A stretch of 64,000 nt of DNA from Lytechinus pictus (Eukaryota). The notes beneath the pieces were generated by a model that saw only the letters and a list, made by a program, of their open reading frames with translations, did no database searches and was not told the origin of the DNA. Position 1 is the stretch's first letter; every line of letters starts with the position of its first letter. Shown in pieces: positions 1 through 14,721 of the stretch. The stretch covers positions 59,520,001 to 59,584,000 of the forward strand of contig NC_087247.1 in the NCBI RefSeq assembly GCF_037042905.1. The letters run 5' to 3'. The position numbers and the translations under genes were made by a program.

Positions 1-3000
1 AGTTTGCACTGAAAACATATTTTTGAACTGAAAATATCACCATAGCATTACCAGCAGCTTTCCCCTATCTGTTCTTCTTTCATTTTCCTAACCTGCATTG
101 AGACCTTTAAAAAGTAAAATGCCTATACAAGATCTGTTCTGTTATTACTATCATCATTACTAATTTGCAGTTATTTCTGAAAATTAAAATTTGCAACCAT
201 TGCTAAAAACTAAGACAAATATAAATTCTTTGGTATTCTCATTAGATATAGAGCATTTTTAACAAAATCCCTTTTGTATATTACACCATCAGTGGGCAAT
301 TAGTTCTGAATGATTATATCAACTTGCCGACTCATATAATCTCTCTGAATAAAGGCCCTGTGAAACCTGAGAATGCCTTCAACAAAGCAGAAAATGATCA
401 TCTATCAATATCTCCATTAAAAAACTTATTTATATCCATGTTTCATTGTGATACCAGAATGTGAAATACAACAAAAATCTTTAGTTAAAAACACTCTTAT
501 CATTTGTTTACTTTATGATCACAAATGTCAGATTATGATATATAATGCCTTCTTACTCATCACAATAGCACACTGAGAAAATAGTTATTCATGAGAAAAT
601 GATGAATTCTGCAATACATTTGGTTGTTTCTTGTTTAAACCTGATCACTACTCATCCTAAATTTCAACAGACAAGTAATTGCTTGATCATGAATCATTTA
701 AATTTCCTTTTACACACATAAACTGAAAAATCGATTTAAAATAATACTTTAGAGGTTTTCCTGGTCTATTAAGACTTCCAACTTGTATATGAAATAGTAA
801 TGATTAGTAGAACTCTGTTACTCACAATGCACACAATTCATTCACTTTTTTCATTACATAACTAAATAATAATTTGCAACAATGAATATGAAACTAGTAA
901 CAGAAAAATTGCAGCATATATAAAGTAAACTTTAAATATATAAGGCAAAATATTTCAGTAAATCTTTCAGGTATACATGTATTTAATGTATATTTAAGCA
1001 TCTTATAATGCACTCAACTGAGATTGATATCCAAGGAATATAGGGCATAATATATCCAGAGAGAGCAATATTGACTGATTTAGTCATTTTCTTGTCTGTT
1101 GCGTATATGCAATGTGACTATTTCAGTGTCAATACTATAATGTACATATAATGCACATTTATCAGTGCGTTATGGCGATGCAGCACACTCAAGGGTATTC
1201 GCATGTTATTGCTAAAACCTGAGATGCCTGCATTGCCACTAACTCCACAAATTTAAATATGTGCATTATTTGTCTTATAAAACGGAAATCAGTGTGAATT
1301 CATAAGAAAAGGTTGCTCGAATCTCTCTAAATTTTTTAGGATTGCATAGATTGAAAGGTATTATGATATCACAGGTGTATCTAGTATGCATGTAGCACCA
1401 GCAGCATGCCTTTCCTTTGAAAGAATGCGTATTTCAGATGGTGTCTCAGTTTAAGGGCTATGGGCAAAATGATGCACCCAAAATGCAGTGCTGCAAGAAA
1501 AATGCATGGCTGGGTGGTTACATGAAATTAAAGCATAAACATTTGACTTGCATACCCACTCACTACTGGCTACATCTCTGAACCCGTTTTATAAAACAAA
1601 TTATTAATACTGAACAAACTTAACAAATTTCAAAAAAACACTATGCTCATCATGCTTATCTGTTAGTTTGGCCAAGGAGGTTTCAAATGAGATGGAGTAA
1701 CAGCAAATAAAATCCCTTTGAACAAGGTTAAAAACCGCCAGCAGAAAGTATGTCAGGCATGCACTTTGCTCAACATCTCTTGCAATTGTGTAGACAAATG
1801 ATTCCCGCATGACTCCGCAGCTATAGGTCATATATTAAAGGGAAATATGCTATTGTGATGATAATTACTTTTTCGCTGCATCTTGGTCTGGTTATATGTG
1901 TAGTACATAATTCGAAGGCATGCGAAAATAAACTCTGCAATATGTCCTGAAATATGACTCAAATTTACTCAACTGGGCATGTACGGGCACTCATCTGGCA
2001 TATACAATAATGAATAACAATATTCCACCGACCACATTTGAAATTTTCATTCACCGCAAACGATCAGAAAAAGTGTTAAAATCTGGTTTCAGGAAAGGTC
2101 AAATTCTTACTTTTTTCACTAATCAAAGGTTAATTGATATAATCTGGGCAGTATATCGGTGTAATAGTGCTTGGTTATTGATGTCTTGTAATGCGTTCAA
2201 ATTTCAGTTTGTTTATTAATATGAAAGATTGAAAATTGATACAAATGGATATTGGTAAAATTTCACTCCTCGGATTTCTTCACTGAAACTGGTGGCTTCG
2301 AAGGCGGACATGAAAAAGGTCCTTACTGCCGTTCTTTCTTTTGTGCTTCTTTAGAAGTGAACAGCTGCTTGAATAAATTTGTTGCCTGTTGGATCTCCAG
2401 TCATAGAATCTTCTTGGTTTGGCAGAATTTAGTTACTAAACAGCTTCATGATATCGACAGATACACTTATAAAACACAATTAAAATATCCACCTTATCGA
2501 CTAAGAATAATACATCTTATCCTAAGGCTTACATTAAAAAATAGATCAGAAAAAAATCTTAAGCATCAAGGATATGCATTTCATACATATGATAATTGAT
2601 ATACAAAATAATGGAAAAATAAACAGACTCTTATTTTCATACACACAAAAAATGGTGGAATATAATCATGTATGACAACCAATCATATCAAGTTATAACA
2701 AATAAAACAAAAAGTTCTACAAACAATCACAAAGATAATTGATTGAGATTTCATTAAATGCGGAATTTGTGAAACTATTGTGAAGCAAAATTATAAATGT
2801 GAATATAAGACAAAGTTTCTGTCCTATACCTTCTATCATAGATTTACAAATGATTTTCAAACGAATTGGGAGAAGGTTTTATAATGCATTTTTTCCTCAA
2901 TATTTCAATGATATTTTTTACTTTCTGTCAACACATTATTTTAAGTTCACTATACAGCAAGATTCAATCTGAAATTGATGTCCAGTTTGCAATCATAAAA

Positions 3001-3081
3001 TCAAATCTGTGTAACTGAATACTTAGCTTAGATGAAATTTGTTGCAGTAAGAAATCTTGATTGCCAGCTCAGAATTCAACA

Positions 3082-6000
3082 TTACCTGCTATGATAGGTT
3101 TCTGAGATAAGGTGTTTTTGTTTATGGTAATAAGGAATCTTAGCAGGTGACTTAGAATCTAGGTCGACTAGGTGACATGCTACATGGAATCTCTGTTCCT
3201 TCAAGGATACAATATCCCCATCCATGGTACTGAAGGGTGGAAGAGAAATAAAAGAAAGGAATGAGAAAGAGGGAGAGGTGGGCAGCGTGATACAAAAGAC
3301 AAAATATAGGAAAAAAATATTATAAGCTTCATTGGAATTTGGGCAACAAAAATAGTTTGAAGTAAAATTAGATTATAAGAAGGCACTACAGATTTCATAA
3401 TTCCACATGTATAAAGTGAAGTTTCATTTTTGTAGTTGTGATAAACTTAAAACATTTGACAATATCTACCAAAATCAATAAAATTTTGATATCCAAGAAG
3501 ATTTGCAAGAGCGAAAAAAACCATAACTTTTCATGCATAAAGAGAGTGAAAGGAAAATGAATAACTTTGTTTAAACAAGTGGAACGCCTCTGGCTGTCTC
3601 GCCTGCATTACGCAATTCAAAATAGCAGCAGTGCTGACTTTGAAAACAGCAATTGAATAATTATTCACAAAAGAAAACACTCAAAATACTATGTTCATTG
3701 ACCCAACATGATCTTTGACTATGATCATGTGACCTAAGACGTGTGCAAAACAATCATTCATACTTGATTACCCTTATACATGTATATCTATTTTTCATGA
3801 ACTACTAGTACATGTGTAGATCCATAAACTTTCTAAGTTCTGATGCCAATTAAACAAATACCCCCAACACGGCCAAAGTTCACTGACCTTAAATGACCTT
3901 TGATCTTGGTCATGTGACCTGAAACACGCACAGGATATTCAAGGATACATAGTTACTCTTATGTCCAAGTTTCATGACCTGTAGATCTATAAACTTTTAA
4001 AGTTATGATGTCAATTTCACAAATACCCCCAACATTATCAAATTTTGTTGACCCTAAATGACCTTTGACCTTGGTCATGTGACCTGAAACTCGCATAGGA
4101 TGTTCAGGGATACTTCATTGCTCTTATGTCTAAGTTTCATGAACTAGATCCATAAAATTTCAGAGTTATGATGACAATTCCACAAATATCCCCGACATGG
4201 TCAAAGTTTGTTGACCCCAAGTGACCTTGGTCATGTGACCTAAAACTCAGGCAGGATCTTCAGTGATACACTATCACCCTTATCTCCAAGTTTCATGGAC
4301 TAGGTCAAAATACTTTCTAAGTTATGACGATATTTCAAAAACTTAACCTTGGTTAAGATTTCAATTTTGACGACACCGTCGTCGGAAAAGCAGCGCCTAT
4401 AGTATCGCTCAGCTATGCAGGCGATACAAAAAACTAGAATATCTTCCGCTTGCAAATAGCCTACTTAGCTTGCCGTTGACAAGCTTACGCAAGTCTCTGA
4501 AAGTTAAAATGTGCAACATTCATACCCTTGCATGGCCATATCCATTACAAAAAAAATGCTGCACATTTACCTTTCCACGAGGGAACTGTGCCTTAAAAAG
4601 CAAGACATAAAAAGGTCCTGAGCATACCTTGAAATGTCTGCTGCTTTGAATGTAATCAAAACAGAGCAATCCCTAGCTGTCCTTGACATCATGTAGGTTT
4701 TGAGAAGATTTACACACTCTTGAATTGGTAGATCTTTTACCTCATCATCACTCAATCTCTGCTTTAGAATTGTTGATGAGCTAACTGTCAAAGATGGGTC
4801 AGTGATGCTTAATCCCTCCCTGAAAAGAATTCAAGACAAATCTGAAACTTTATCTGCAATACAAGATAAAACTTACAACATTTGCATTCATAAAAAAATC
4901 AATAAAGACTCTAAAACAGTTTTAAACAAGAATTGTTGTAGTACATACCAGGTAGTCAAAATTTGTGACTTCGCCTTTTCATTCATTAAACAGTAATTTT
5001 GGGGAAATGTTTATTTTTGTATAATTTGTTATAGATTACAACCACACCTTACTCTTTCAAAGAAATGTGGAACTTGAAGAACGTTTGAGACATGAATACC
5101 TTACGCAGTTTTGATAGCATCAAGGTCTTTGGAAGGATTTTGTCCTTCAATTTACTTAAATTGTTAAGCAGAGCTGTCCATAACAACTCGGCCTGAAATT
5201 TTCCTCTATACTACTTCTTCAAAAAAAAACTTCTCCTCTTTTTTTTGTTCAGAAGATATGGCAACTGCATGATATTAATCCCACTCCAAATTATACATTT
5301 CTAGTGATAATCAAAGAAAAAATAACTACATATTGTATAACATATGATTAGCCATCATATATTCTTTTTATAACATCTGTCAGTCTGCAAGTATGTTAAA
5401 GAGCAAATGAGCAAGATTTATCCAAGTCCTCTCATGGCTGAATTCATATCCCTGCAAAATCTTGTGAATTGTGAGACATTCTTTCTCAAAGAATTAAACC
5501 ATTTTCTCCTTGAGTAAAATTGATTATTTTTGTACCACAGGAAAGAGTAAACGTTACTCTTTTATATTGAATATTTCTTTAGAATCAAATATTTTGATAA
5601 ATAAGTGAATTTCAAGCCTGAAAAGATACCTCAACAGAATTTTCTTCTTCAGTTTTCTCTTGCAAATTTTGTGTTTTGGGCACAAACATTATTTATATCG
5701 ATCATCAGAAAGCTCAAAATACATACTTTCATACAATGTCACTCTTGTTATGTGGCACTTTTTAGATGGGTCAGCAGCCAGCTTTTTCCATCAAGATGCA
5801 AGACGAGATTTCTGAAATTTCTAAGTAGCATAAAATCTAGGGTTCTGATTTGCTGAATAATGTTTAAAAAAAACAGGCGCGGGTAATTTGAAGAGATTAG
5901 CACATGGTGTGACCTTGCAAAGGCCCAGTGTGGGGAACATTGGAATTTGTGTGGGTGTGTGGTCTCTATGACCAATCAGAGCGCAGTATTCTTGTTTTTG

Positions 6001-9000
6001 AGCTGCTAAATGTACTTGGCCTATGGAAAGCTGGCTGCTGACCCATCTAAAATACCTCTTCTTATAAAAATCACATCATATTAAAGCTTAGATCTTCAGC
6101 TTTATCATAAGCTAAAAATCATTTGGGCTCAAATAGAAATTAAGTGTAAAAACAATAACTTTTGTTGCATGAAAATAATTATTTTGTTTCATGTTTTAGA
6201 TCAAAAGTTTTCCCTATATTACAAAATCTTTTTAAAAATCCAAACACATGACCTGAAAGAATTATTTTTCTTCTTTATAAAGATACCACAAACATGAAAT
6301 GAAATTTGGTCAATATTTAATAATAATAATAATAATATAGGGTATTTATATTGCGCACATATCCACCTTGTTAGGTGCTCAAGGCGCTCCTATATTACCC
6401 GGCTAAGCTAGGCGTTCATAGCGCACACAGCTTTTTAAGGAATTACTTCCTACCGGTACCCATTTACCTCACCTGGGTTGAGTGCAGCACATTGTGGATC
6501 AGTTTCTTGCCGAAGGAAATTATGCTATGGCTGGGATTCGAACCCACAACCCTCTGTTTCAAAGTCCGAAGACTAATCCACTGGACCACAACGCTCCACA
6601 TTTAGAGCAGCAATGGCCGAATAAAAAGAGGTGTTTTGGTCCGCACCAAGCTCATTAACAATGCAAAAACCCTCTAGTCATGAATATCACTTGGATAAAA
6701 GAAGCTACTTTTTGAGGGCTTGCTGACTGATTGACATCAAACCATGTCTTAAATTGACTACTTGACAATATTCTCTTACCTTACAGTTAATGCCTCTGAT
6801 AAACATACTCTACTTCCCTACCTTAGGAAAATTATTCAATAATGAGAATAAAAATGCATTGCACTATTGATTGTGATCAGGGAAAAATTTACCATTTAGT
6901 TTTGATAGTTGGGTAAGATGGAATTAGGTTTTTTGTTAAAATTGTAGTTATAAATAATTATGACTTGATACAGTTTTATATTCAGTTACAAAATTGGAAA
7001 GCTTGTGTAGAGTAATCCATGCAGAAAATATTAATTTTGACATACTTACTTCTGCTCAGGATATTGATTAAGATGATTCATGTATCTATTGTATATCTTA
7101 TGTATCACATCAATACCAAGAGTGTCCATATGTTGCATAGTTAAGATACGACCAAGGACACAATCATTCGCAAGTCTACAGGAACTAGCATCCTTCTTAT
7201 GATCTGAAAAAAATAGAACAAAATACACCCATTCATTTCACAATGCATTCTATCTTTCCATGTTGAAATTTGTGAAGAATATGATAGGTGGATTAAGGTA
7301 ATAAACCATATTCATCTGATAGCAAGTTGGGTATGTGAATAAATAAAGTAAACTTACTTGATCCATGTTGTTGACCTTCAAAACATGGTATCCATGGTGA
7401 AGACCTCTTGCTGATCTCTTGTAATGTTGATGTTTTATCTGATCGACATAGGGTCTGTATTAGAAGACTTATGATATCTTGAATACAGTCACTGTAAGAA
7501 ACAAAATTGAAGAGTTTGATTCTTCTGGTTACTCAGTCTAGCCCAATTACCCTCTCTTTCTTCTCCCAGACATACTGGCGTCATTAGGCATGGGCCCCAT
7601 CTCACGAAGAGTTGTGATAAATCTGATCAACCACAACTATGGAAAGCCAGTAATGCCAACATTTAAAATACATGTTTTTTCAAAATATTTTTTAGATATA
7701 ATGCGTATCACATATTCCACATTGTTTTGACAATTCAATATGCTTCCTCTTCACTCACAAAAAAAAATAATTGTGCAAAGTTCCTGTATAATTTTTTTTT
7801 TTGACAATGATGGATTTCCATATAGTAAGACGGGACCCTGGTCTTTGAGCATTGCTCGAAATTGTTTTGCCATTTGATAAGCTGCTTGATCAATTTCTCA
7901 TTGCACAAACTTTGAAATACTGAGCAATAAATTGTAGCACTTCGCATGATTATCCTTGTATGGAACTCAAGCCAAGCAAGTTCTGAAATATGGCTATATC
8001 CCCAGATTGATTTGTCCACTGCCACTTTAATAACCACAGGAATTGTCTCTAATTCTTTAACAGAAAGAGAAATAAGTGTGAAGCTATGAGAAAATTTGCA
8101 CAAGGTGTAACAATTCATACATATTATATGCCTAGCAGAGCAACAAAGCAATCATTATATAGTAAGGTGATTTACCTTTTAGTGAAAGGAGGGATACAAC
8201 ACTCCTCTGATGACAGAGATTCATTGTGGCATCCAAACCAACTCTTTATTGCCATGGTGATATTTTCATGATCATCTTCTGTTGGTAATGTCCTTTTTTC
8301 TCTTGAATAAATCAGTTCACCATCCTATATCAATAAATGATAAAGTGGTAAAATATTTTAGAAGAGGAACTTCCAGAGAGCATCATTTCTCATGGGGCAA
8401 ATGAATTTACACTGGAGAAGAGACAATATGAGGAGAAATTTAATTAATATTTCATCCAATCTCTGATTCAACATATGCACTTTTGATATTCCTTTTATTA
8501 GATCAATTTCTTTGAAATTAGATACTCTTTCTTGTTTAGATATTAGAAATTAAACAAATGGGTTCTCTTACATGTAAATTCATTTTGGATAAAATGCAAT
8601 GACTAAACAATATGCACTATTGATATGAGAGCAAATAATAATTTGACTGAAAAGGACAAAAGTAATTACTTGTATTTCAACAAAAAAATTCGACTAAAGA
8701 GGTAGGTGTGTTGGCTCAGTTGGTAGAGCGTCCGTCTCACAACCGGGAGGTCGGAAGCTCAAACCCCGCCCGCGTCAGACCAAAAGACATTAAAAGATGG
8801 GTGTTGCTGCTACCCTGTTTGAAGGGATAGAGCCTGGTCGATCTGGTGCTGCACAGTGGCTGCTGGGCCCACGATCAAAAGGGCAAAAATGAATTTTCTA
8901 TTCTCAGATTTCTATTTCAAACAATAAAAAAAGGGGTTTTCATTTTTTTTTTATGAAAGGAGCAAGACAGATAAACCTCTATAAACAAGCTATAATAGGA

Positions 9001-12000
9001 TACTTGTACATCAACAACAGAAAAAAACCTCTTATGTTATGTTCAATGCCCTTGTGCTTAAACTCATTTGTGACAACTAAATATTTGAAATTTTATTTAA
9101 TCACATTTTTATCCCTAAAATTGATAGCATAAGTCTTTTTATTTCATCGAAACACTTTTCCTTTTAATGTTCATTATCAAGAATGAACTAAGATTGATAA
9201 AGGATACCTTAGAAGTATCCCAAATATTACAACAAACACAATTGGGCAGTATGTGTATATGTTTAACTCTTTCTTCTGATATGTTGTTAATGATTTAGAG
9301 GGTTCTCCATCAAAATATTCTCCCTTCTCCCTTCATCAGAAATTAGTTTTATATAGAAGGAAAAATATCATTAACAATTTACCTTAAAGATGCAAAGGTT
9401 GTTTTGTGGTGTTTTGAACAATCCTTCAATGGCCTGCCTCATTCTCTCTGGATCTCTGAAATAATATTTTCAAAAAAGGTTCAATAAACATACATGTACA
9501 TATATATGTACAATGAGAAAAGAAATGACACAATGAGAAAAGAAATGACAAATTTCAATTTAATTTCTATGGCCTGTGATGATACTCTGATTGGCAATAT
9601 TGTATTAAAAATGCTATGTTTTGTATAATAATTTACAGACTAGGCCTATTACAGATTGTTTTTCTGTATTATTTTAGTAGAGTGCCTCGTTTCACTCATG
9701 ACATATGGGAAATGTATTTTACAGAACATACATTGAGTTCATGAAAGCACAAGCAGCATTAGAGAAACAGTGGACGAAAACTGTAAAACAAAACATATCA
9801 AGGGTTGACAGAGAAGTCGAATAAGATTATAAAGTAATAAATGCAAATGAGAAATAAACTAGATGGATTATTGACTGCACACAGGTGTAATGTATATTGC
9901 ATACTTTATTCTGATATTGTGAAACCATTAAATTAATTTAATCGCATTGTTAAACTGTAGAGTAAATTATAAAATGAACAAGCCATTCCCTGAATCTAAA
10001 GATCATAATCATTCCTATATGCTTGCATATATAAACCAAGTTTGAAGTCAGTCCTTCAAACAGTTCTTGAATTATCACAAAAAGAAGATATATTTCAAGA
10101 TGCATGTTCTCTGTGACCTTTGATCTATGTCCCTCTAAACTAATCAGATCATAGTCACTCCCATATGCATTCAATATCTAAATATGTAGTCAATACATCA
10201 AACTGTTCTTGAGATATCGCGAGAACAAAAACGGGATGGACACCTCCAGCACCACTACGGTGGGCGGAAGCATGATTAAAAAAATTGATAAATCTCATTT
10301 TGGGACTAATTTGGCAATGAATATTTTAGTTCTCAACATTAAAATTGTTTTTCCAAAAGTTTTTTTTTCCAAATTCAGATTCAAATTTTTTTCCACATCT
10401 CATAAAAAGTACAATACAAATTTAAAAAAGGTAAATACATATCAAAGATGCAAATGTATCTATTCAAATGCAAAGGAGGGGGGGTATTTATTTAGTTAGG
10501 GAACAGAAAAAAATCTTAAACAAAAGTAATTTTACCCAGAGAAAAGATTGACAGGGCAGTATTTGCTTGTGTAGTTCCATTGACCTTCTTTCCTCTGAAA
10601 GATAATATATACAAACACACAGAACCTCATATAACAAATCAGTATTTACTCAACCTGTGATAAATGTGAATGACATGCTCTTAATATGTTGATTGTAATG
10701 GGATTTTATTGAAATCTTTGGCAGAAAACTTGTATGAAATAAGTGCAAGAAGCACAACATAACAATTATAATCTTTTATAATAAATCTTGAAATTATTGA
10801 GTTTATTGATCACTTTAATATAAAATAGATTTTCTGAATGTAATAAAAAGGTGTCCTAAGCTCCTCCTAGCTTAAACAAACATATTTCAATAAAAAAAAA
10901 TCACTGACAACTCCCCCCCCCAAAAAAAAAAAAACCCACACCTTTAGTAAAATATTGAAATAAAAAGACATGATAGTATAATTTACTTCCTTAGAATACA
11001 ATAATGACAATTTTTAAGAGATTCATGAATAATCTTAAATTTCAAACCTTTAATATTTGTTGCATGCAGAACAAGCAAACTGGTTGATCTTCAATCTCTG
11101 GAGATGAAATATGGTGGATGGGTATATAACCTAGTTTAGGCTGAAAATCAGAGAAAGTAATGATAACATTTTGTAAACAAACCAATAAAAATCATTAAAT
11201 CAATACAGAACACATTTTTTACATATAAATCACAAATATAGTTACCTTGAAATTTCTTTTACCTTTATATTTACACTGTGGTTGATATGTCCTTAAACTA
11301 ACAGAGATAAAGTTTAATCATTAATCGACAATCATTTAATCAAGATCAGCAGCAGATCTGAAAAAGATGGTCCTGAAAAAAAAATGTTAATATCAGAAAA
11401 GATTTTTTTCATGAGCATTGTAATCATTTTCTGTTCTAATTGCCAAGGGCAAACTTTCATACAATCTAAAAAATCAGATCAACCATATATTGATATTGCT
11501 AAATGTGTACTGTACCTTTAATTCTACAGTAAGAGTTGATGTTCCCTTAAGTCCTTTGTCATCTAAAAAGCAGTAATTTGGTGAGCAGAGAACTGATGTT
11601 TGATTGGGATCTATCATCTGATGGCATCTTTTTAAAGGTCTTTGGCTCTCAAATGCTTTGCTTACTGAATCAACAAAATCTGCACTCACTGGAATGCATT
11701 TCTGTGCAAAAAGTGAGACAAAAGTTTGTAGGATAAATAACAGCTATTCATACAAAAAAGGAGATGAAAATATACATCAAAAACTGTATGTAGAGTTTTG
11801 ACATAAAAACTGCACCCATCCTTGGAAAATTGATTAAAGACATATCTCAGTTATTTGTGATTATCAGCCCTCTCATGTTATGCCTTATATTAATATAAGA
11901 ATCGTGTAAAGTTCAAAGCAGTAATAAGATGTTTCTACAAAGTCATAATTGCCGCATCACAATCAACAAAGTAGGAATGTGAACTTATGTAGCGTCACAT

Positions 12001-14550
12001 ATTGTACTTGAGCAAATTTACAAATGATTCAAGAATAGGCTGAATGGGAACAAAACATAATAATTTACCAGGTACTCCAATGGTGTTAAACAATTTATAA
12101 TTATAAAAGATAATAAATTAGAACTTTGTATGTCGGACTGACAAGGAACACAGAATAGACAAGGGTTCTATTAAACCTTATGAATGTCTTTGATTCACAC
12201 AAGATTTTCACAATTTACCAGAATTTTGGAATAAGAAACTTCTTTATGAACATGGCAGTAGTAGCCAGATTGCATCTTCTTTATGAGCAAGGAGGTACCT
12301 AGATTGTGTCTTGCCCACAAACAGAGTGTTACTAAAGCTCAAAAGTGATTTACAATATCAAAGATTTCAAAATGGAACCTCTGAAATCAGAATGACTGAT
12401 GTGCTTCAATACTTACTGGAATACTGGAATATCTCCCCAAGATAGGCAGGAGGCAGTTTTTGATGTAATTAATTTTTGCCCAACACTCCATTTTTCTAGA
12501 ATTCTGCAGATGTAACAGATTGATTGAAAAAAAATGATGATAAAAATTACAATTCAAAACTATACACATGGGTTTTTTCATATGAACATTCTATGTTGAA
12601 GGATTTCTACTATTGTATTAAATGATTTATACAAATTTAAAGTGGGAATACAGTGCACAAGACAAGAAGATTATCACTACCGGGGGGGGGGGGGGTATAA
12701 TAAAAACTAATATCCACCTTTTATTTTTCAATAAAGTGAAGAAAATTAGAAAAGAGTGATTAAAAATGTACAGTTTTGTATAGAACTGATGACAAAGCAA
12801 TTTTCCTTTAATAATAAAGCTCTCTTCTAGGCATATAGACAAGATTCAACAATGTTGAGACCCTAAAATATCCATTTCATTTACATTCTGATTGTCAATT
12901 TCAAATACTAAAGTTTTCTGCTAATTAAACACGTTTTAAAGCCAGACTAAACAAGAATGCTAGAAGTAATTTTATGACTGGCCGTACTTCATCTTCTTAA
13001 TTGTATATTTATGAAAAAGATATTGTACCAAACATTTGAAATTTACTGAATTTATTCATATTATCCTTTTTCTCAATATTTCTTTTAACAAAATATATTT
13101 TTGTTTGATTCCGCTAGATTGAAATTAATCGAACCTTGATGAATAGCTTGGTTATAGCAATCCAGAAACAAGTGAAAAATTATTTTGTTAAGAGAAATGT
13201 TACTGGTAACTGGTTTGGGTTAGTGTAAACAATGATATGAAAATTCCACCCAAGCGTATGCTCCCACTAAGAAATATTTTATTAGGATATACTACCTTCT
13301 GAAGGACATCTTTGGTGTCTTTCTTCCAAAGCCGATAAACAATGTGCTTCTGTAGAAAGGAATTAAAAGAATAATGTACAAACCACCATTATTGGCAAAG
13401 AACTACATGAAATGTTATACATCTATTTATTAACAATATTTCAACAGGATACCCAATCAACATAAAAATTGCTCTCCCTTGGGGTCCTGTATATTAAAAA
13501 ACAATCACAATATGTCTTATTATACACAGTAAAATTAACATGAGAAAATATACATACATTATGATAGAACATAATAGTTGAAGTAAGATATAAACGAAAC
13601 TATAAATAACTATTAACTACGCACATCATTAGAAAGAAGGGAATATACATACATGTACATAGAACATAATAATCGAAATTGACATCGGAGATATTTACTA
13701 TTGGAAAAAAAAAAGGTATCTACATGATTAAGAGAAACAAAGCACCAGTCTTCACCCTGTTTCCCTGTTTTAGATATTTTGGTAAAAAGGTTTGAGGATT
13801 CTGAAGATCAATTATCAGTGAGTTATTATGACACCAATTAGTCTAATACTCCAAGGTACGTTGGATCAAAGATACTCCAAGGGGAAACTGGACACTTTGG
13901 TGATCGTTTCTACATGGGAAGAGACCAAACAGTGTTTGGTCATGAATCGGCATACGGGTTGTGTAAAAACATAGAGGTGAAATGATAAGAGGCGGATGCA
14001 GGGGTGGTGCAAGGGGATGGTCTCATCTCTCCTTTCATAATAATAATAAAATTATTATTATCTCTCCTTTCACAGATATTGCTATCAAATACTTATTTTC
14101 GAATTTGTTGGCATTAAAAAAAGTAAAATTTCAGAATTGCACATCCCCTCACCCCTCTCTCATTTCGCCCTATACTTTGTAGACAACCCAAAAATTCAAT
14201 ATGCAAATGTTGACCTACCCAAAGCTAATGGGTACTCTTTCAAAGAGTTACATTACATGCCCTATTAAAAGTGTCCAATCTTCCCCTTGATGTACAGGTG
14301 TCTTTGTTTGGACCCAAAAAAATTATCAGCTAAAATACTGCCTGGTTATCAATATATCACTAAAACACTCTATATCTAATAATAATTAACCAATAATTTT
14401 ATTCATACTTATCACAGAGTAACAAGGATATTAAATATGTTCACGCCATCTCACCTTCTTATGTCCAATAACTAATGATGAATTTCCCTCCTTGATATAC
14501 TTCCAGAATTTAACATCCTCAATATCCTCTTCTAGATCATTAGAATCCAT
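3082..14550 (-). CDS. IPPK: Inositol-pentakisphosphate 2-kinase (IP5 2-kinase), 12 coding exons, 474 aa
   Basis: Manually spliced exons, all GT-AG with consistent phases: 14550-14455, 13349-13296, 12503-12417, 11701-11516, 11140-11048, 10594-10536, 9455-9383, 8324-8176, 7491-7358, 7203-7050, 4819-4628, 3229-3082 (1425 nt incl. TAA). IPPK motifs occur in the expected order: WKYIKEGNSSLV, LTVELK|PKLG, CLFCMQQ, SKYCPVNLFSG, PQNNLCIFKDGELIY, TARDCSVLI, LVDLDSK. Confidence 0.93.
3573..4433 (-). mobile_element. Non-autonomous Helentron-associated (HINE/DINE-1-like) element in IPPK intron 11
   Basis: Subterminal inverted pair GTCTCGCCTGCAT (~3596) / ATGCAGGCGATAC (~4415). T-run 5' end and CTTGTTT 3' end on the minus strand. 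GACGAC microsatellite-like stretch near the 5' end. Internal ~165-bp tandem units rich in TGACCTTTGACC/CATGTGACC. Confidence 0.6.
6318..6599 (-). mobile_element. tRNA-derived SINE (family A) with (TTA)n tail
   Basis: Minus-strand head GTGGAGCGTTGTGGTCCAGTGG (A box) ... GGGTTCGAATCCC (B box), central CCAGGTGAGGTAAATGGGTACCGG block and a TTA-repeat tail. Related copy at 31519-31816. Confidence 0.8.
8705..8950 (+). mobile_element. tRNA-derived SINE (family B)
   Basis: A box TGGCTCAGTTGGTAGAGCG, degenerate B box, body AGACCAAAAGAC..AAAAGATGGG.GTTGCTGCTACCCTG. Homologous over its length to 24984-25250. Confidence 0.8.
9856..10285. mobile_element. Degenerate HINE-like repeat
   Basis: AAACTAG start, TGACCTTTGA motif, TTCTTGAGATATCGCG and an A-run end. 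Resembles the 3573-4433 architecture but is decayed. Confidence 0.3.
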
Positions 14551-14622
14551 AGTCCCATCAATTCAACTTTCCAGTGTGTTAGCTTCTTTTAATCATATTG
14601 ATGCTTTGTGTTGCTTACAGAC

Positions 14623-14721
14623 CTATGGAAGAATAGGCAATGAATATTAGATCTAATGCGGATGGTACATTAAAGCAGATACGAACCAATAGCGCCATCT
14701 CGAGTCCTCAACTACTCATAC
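14623..14721 (-). other. Probable 5'-UTR intron of IPPK (99 nt); first exon and promoter probably in the CpG-richer 14722-14960 stretch
   Basis: Minus-strand donor CCAG|GTATGA at 14721. Acceptor TTCCATAG| at 14623, 72 nt upstream of the ATG at 14550. Confidence 0.45.

Noticed and set aside
2252-2599. 115-aa ORF, and other 60-140-aa track ORFs in introns and intergenic DNA (e.g. 7735-8151, 37284-37664, 56733-57098, 62223-62594)
   Set aside because: No recognisable motifs or exon structure; many have non-ATG starts or low-complexity F/L/S composition from T-rich tracts.
5100-5192. Possible extra minus-strand IPPK exon (open phase-0 frame between AG and GT)
   Set aside because: Flanking exons join in phase 2 and give a complete protein; in that phase the segment has stops.
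8705-8780. tRNA-like sequences (also ~6530-6599, ~24984-25055, ~31745-31816, ~32085-32157)
   Set aside because: No proper acceptor stem, and most continue into a shared body and tail: SINE heads rather than tRNA genes.
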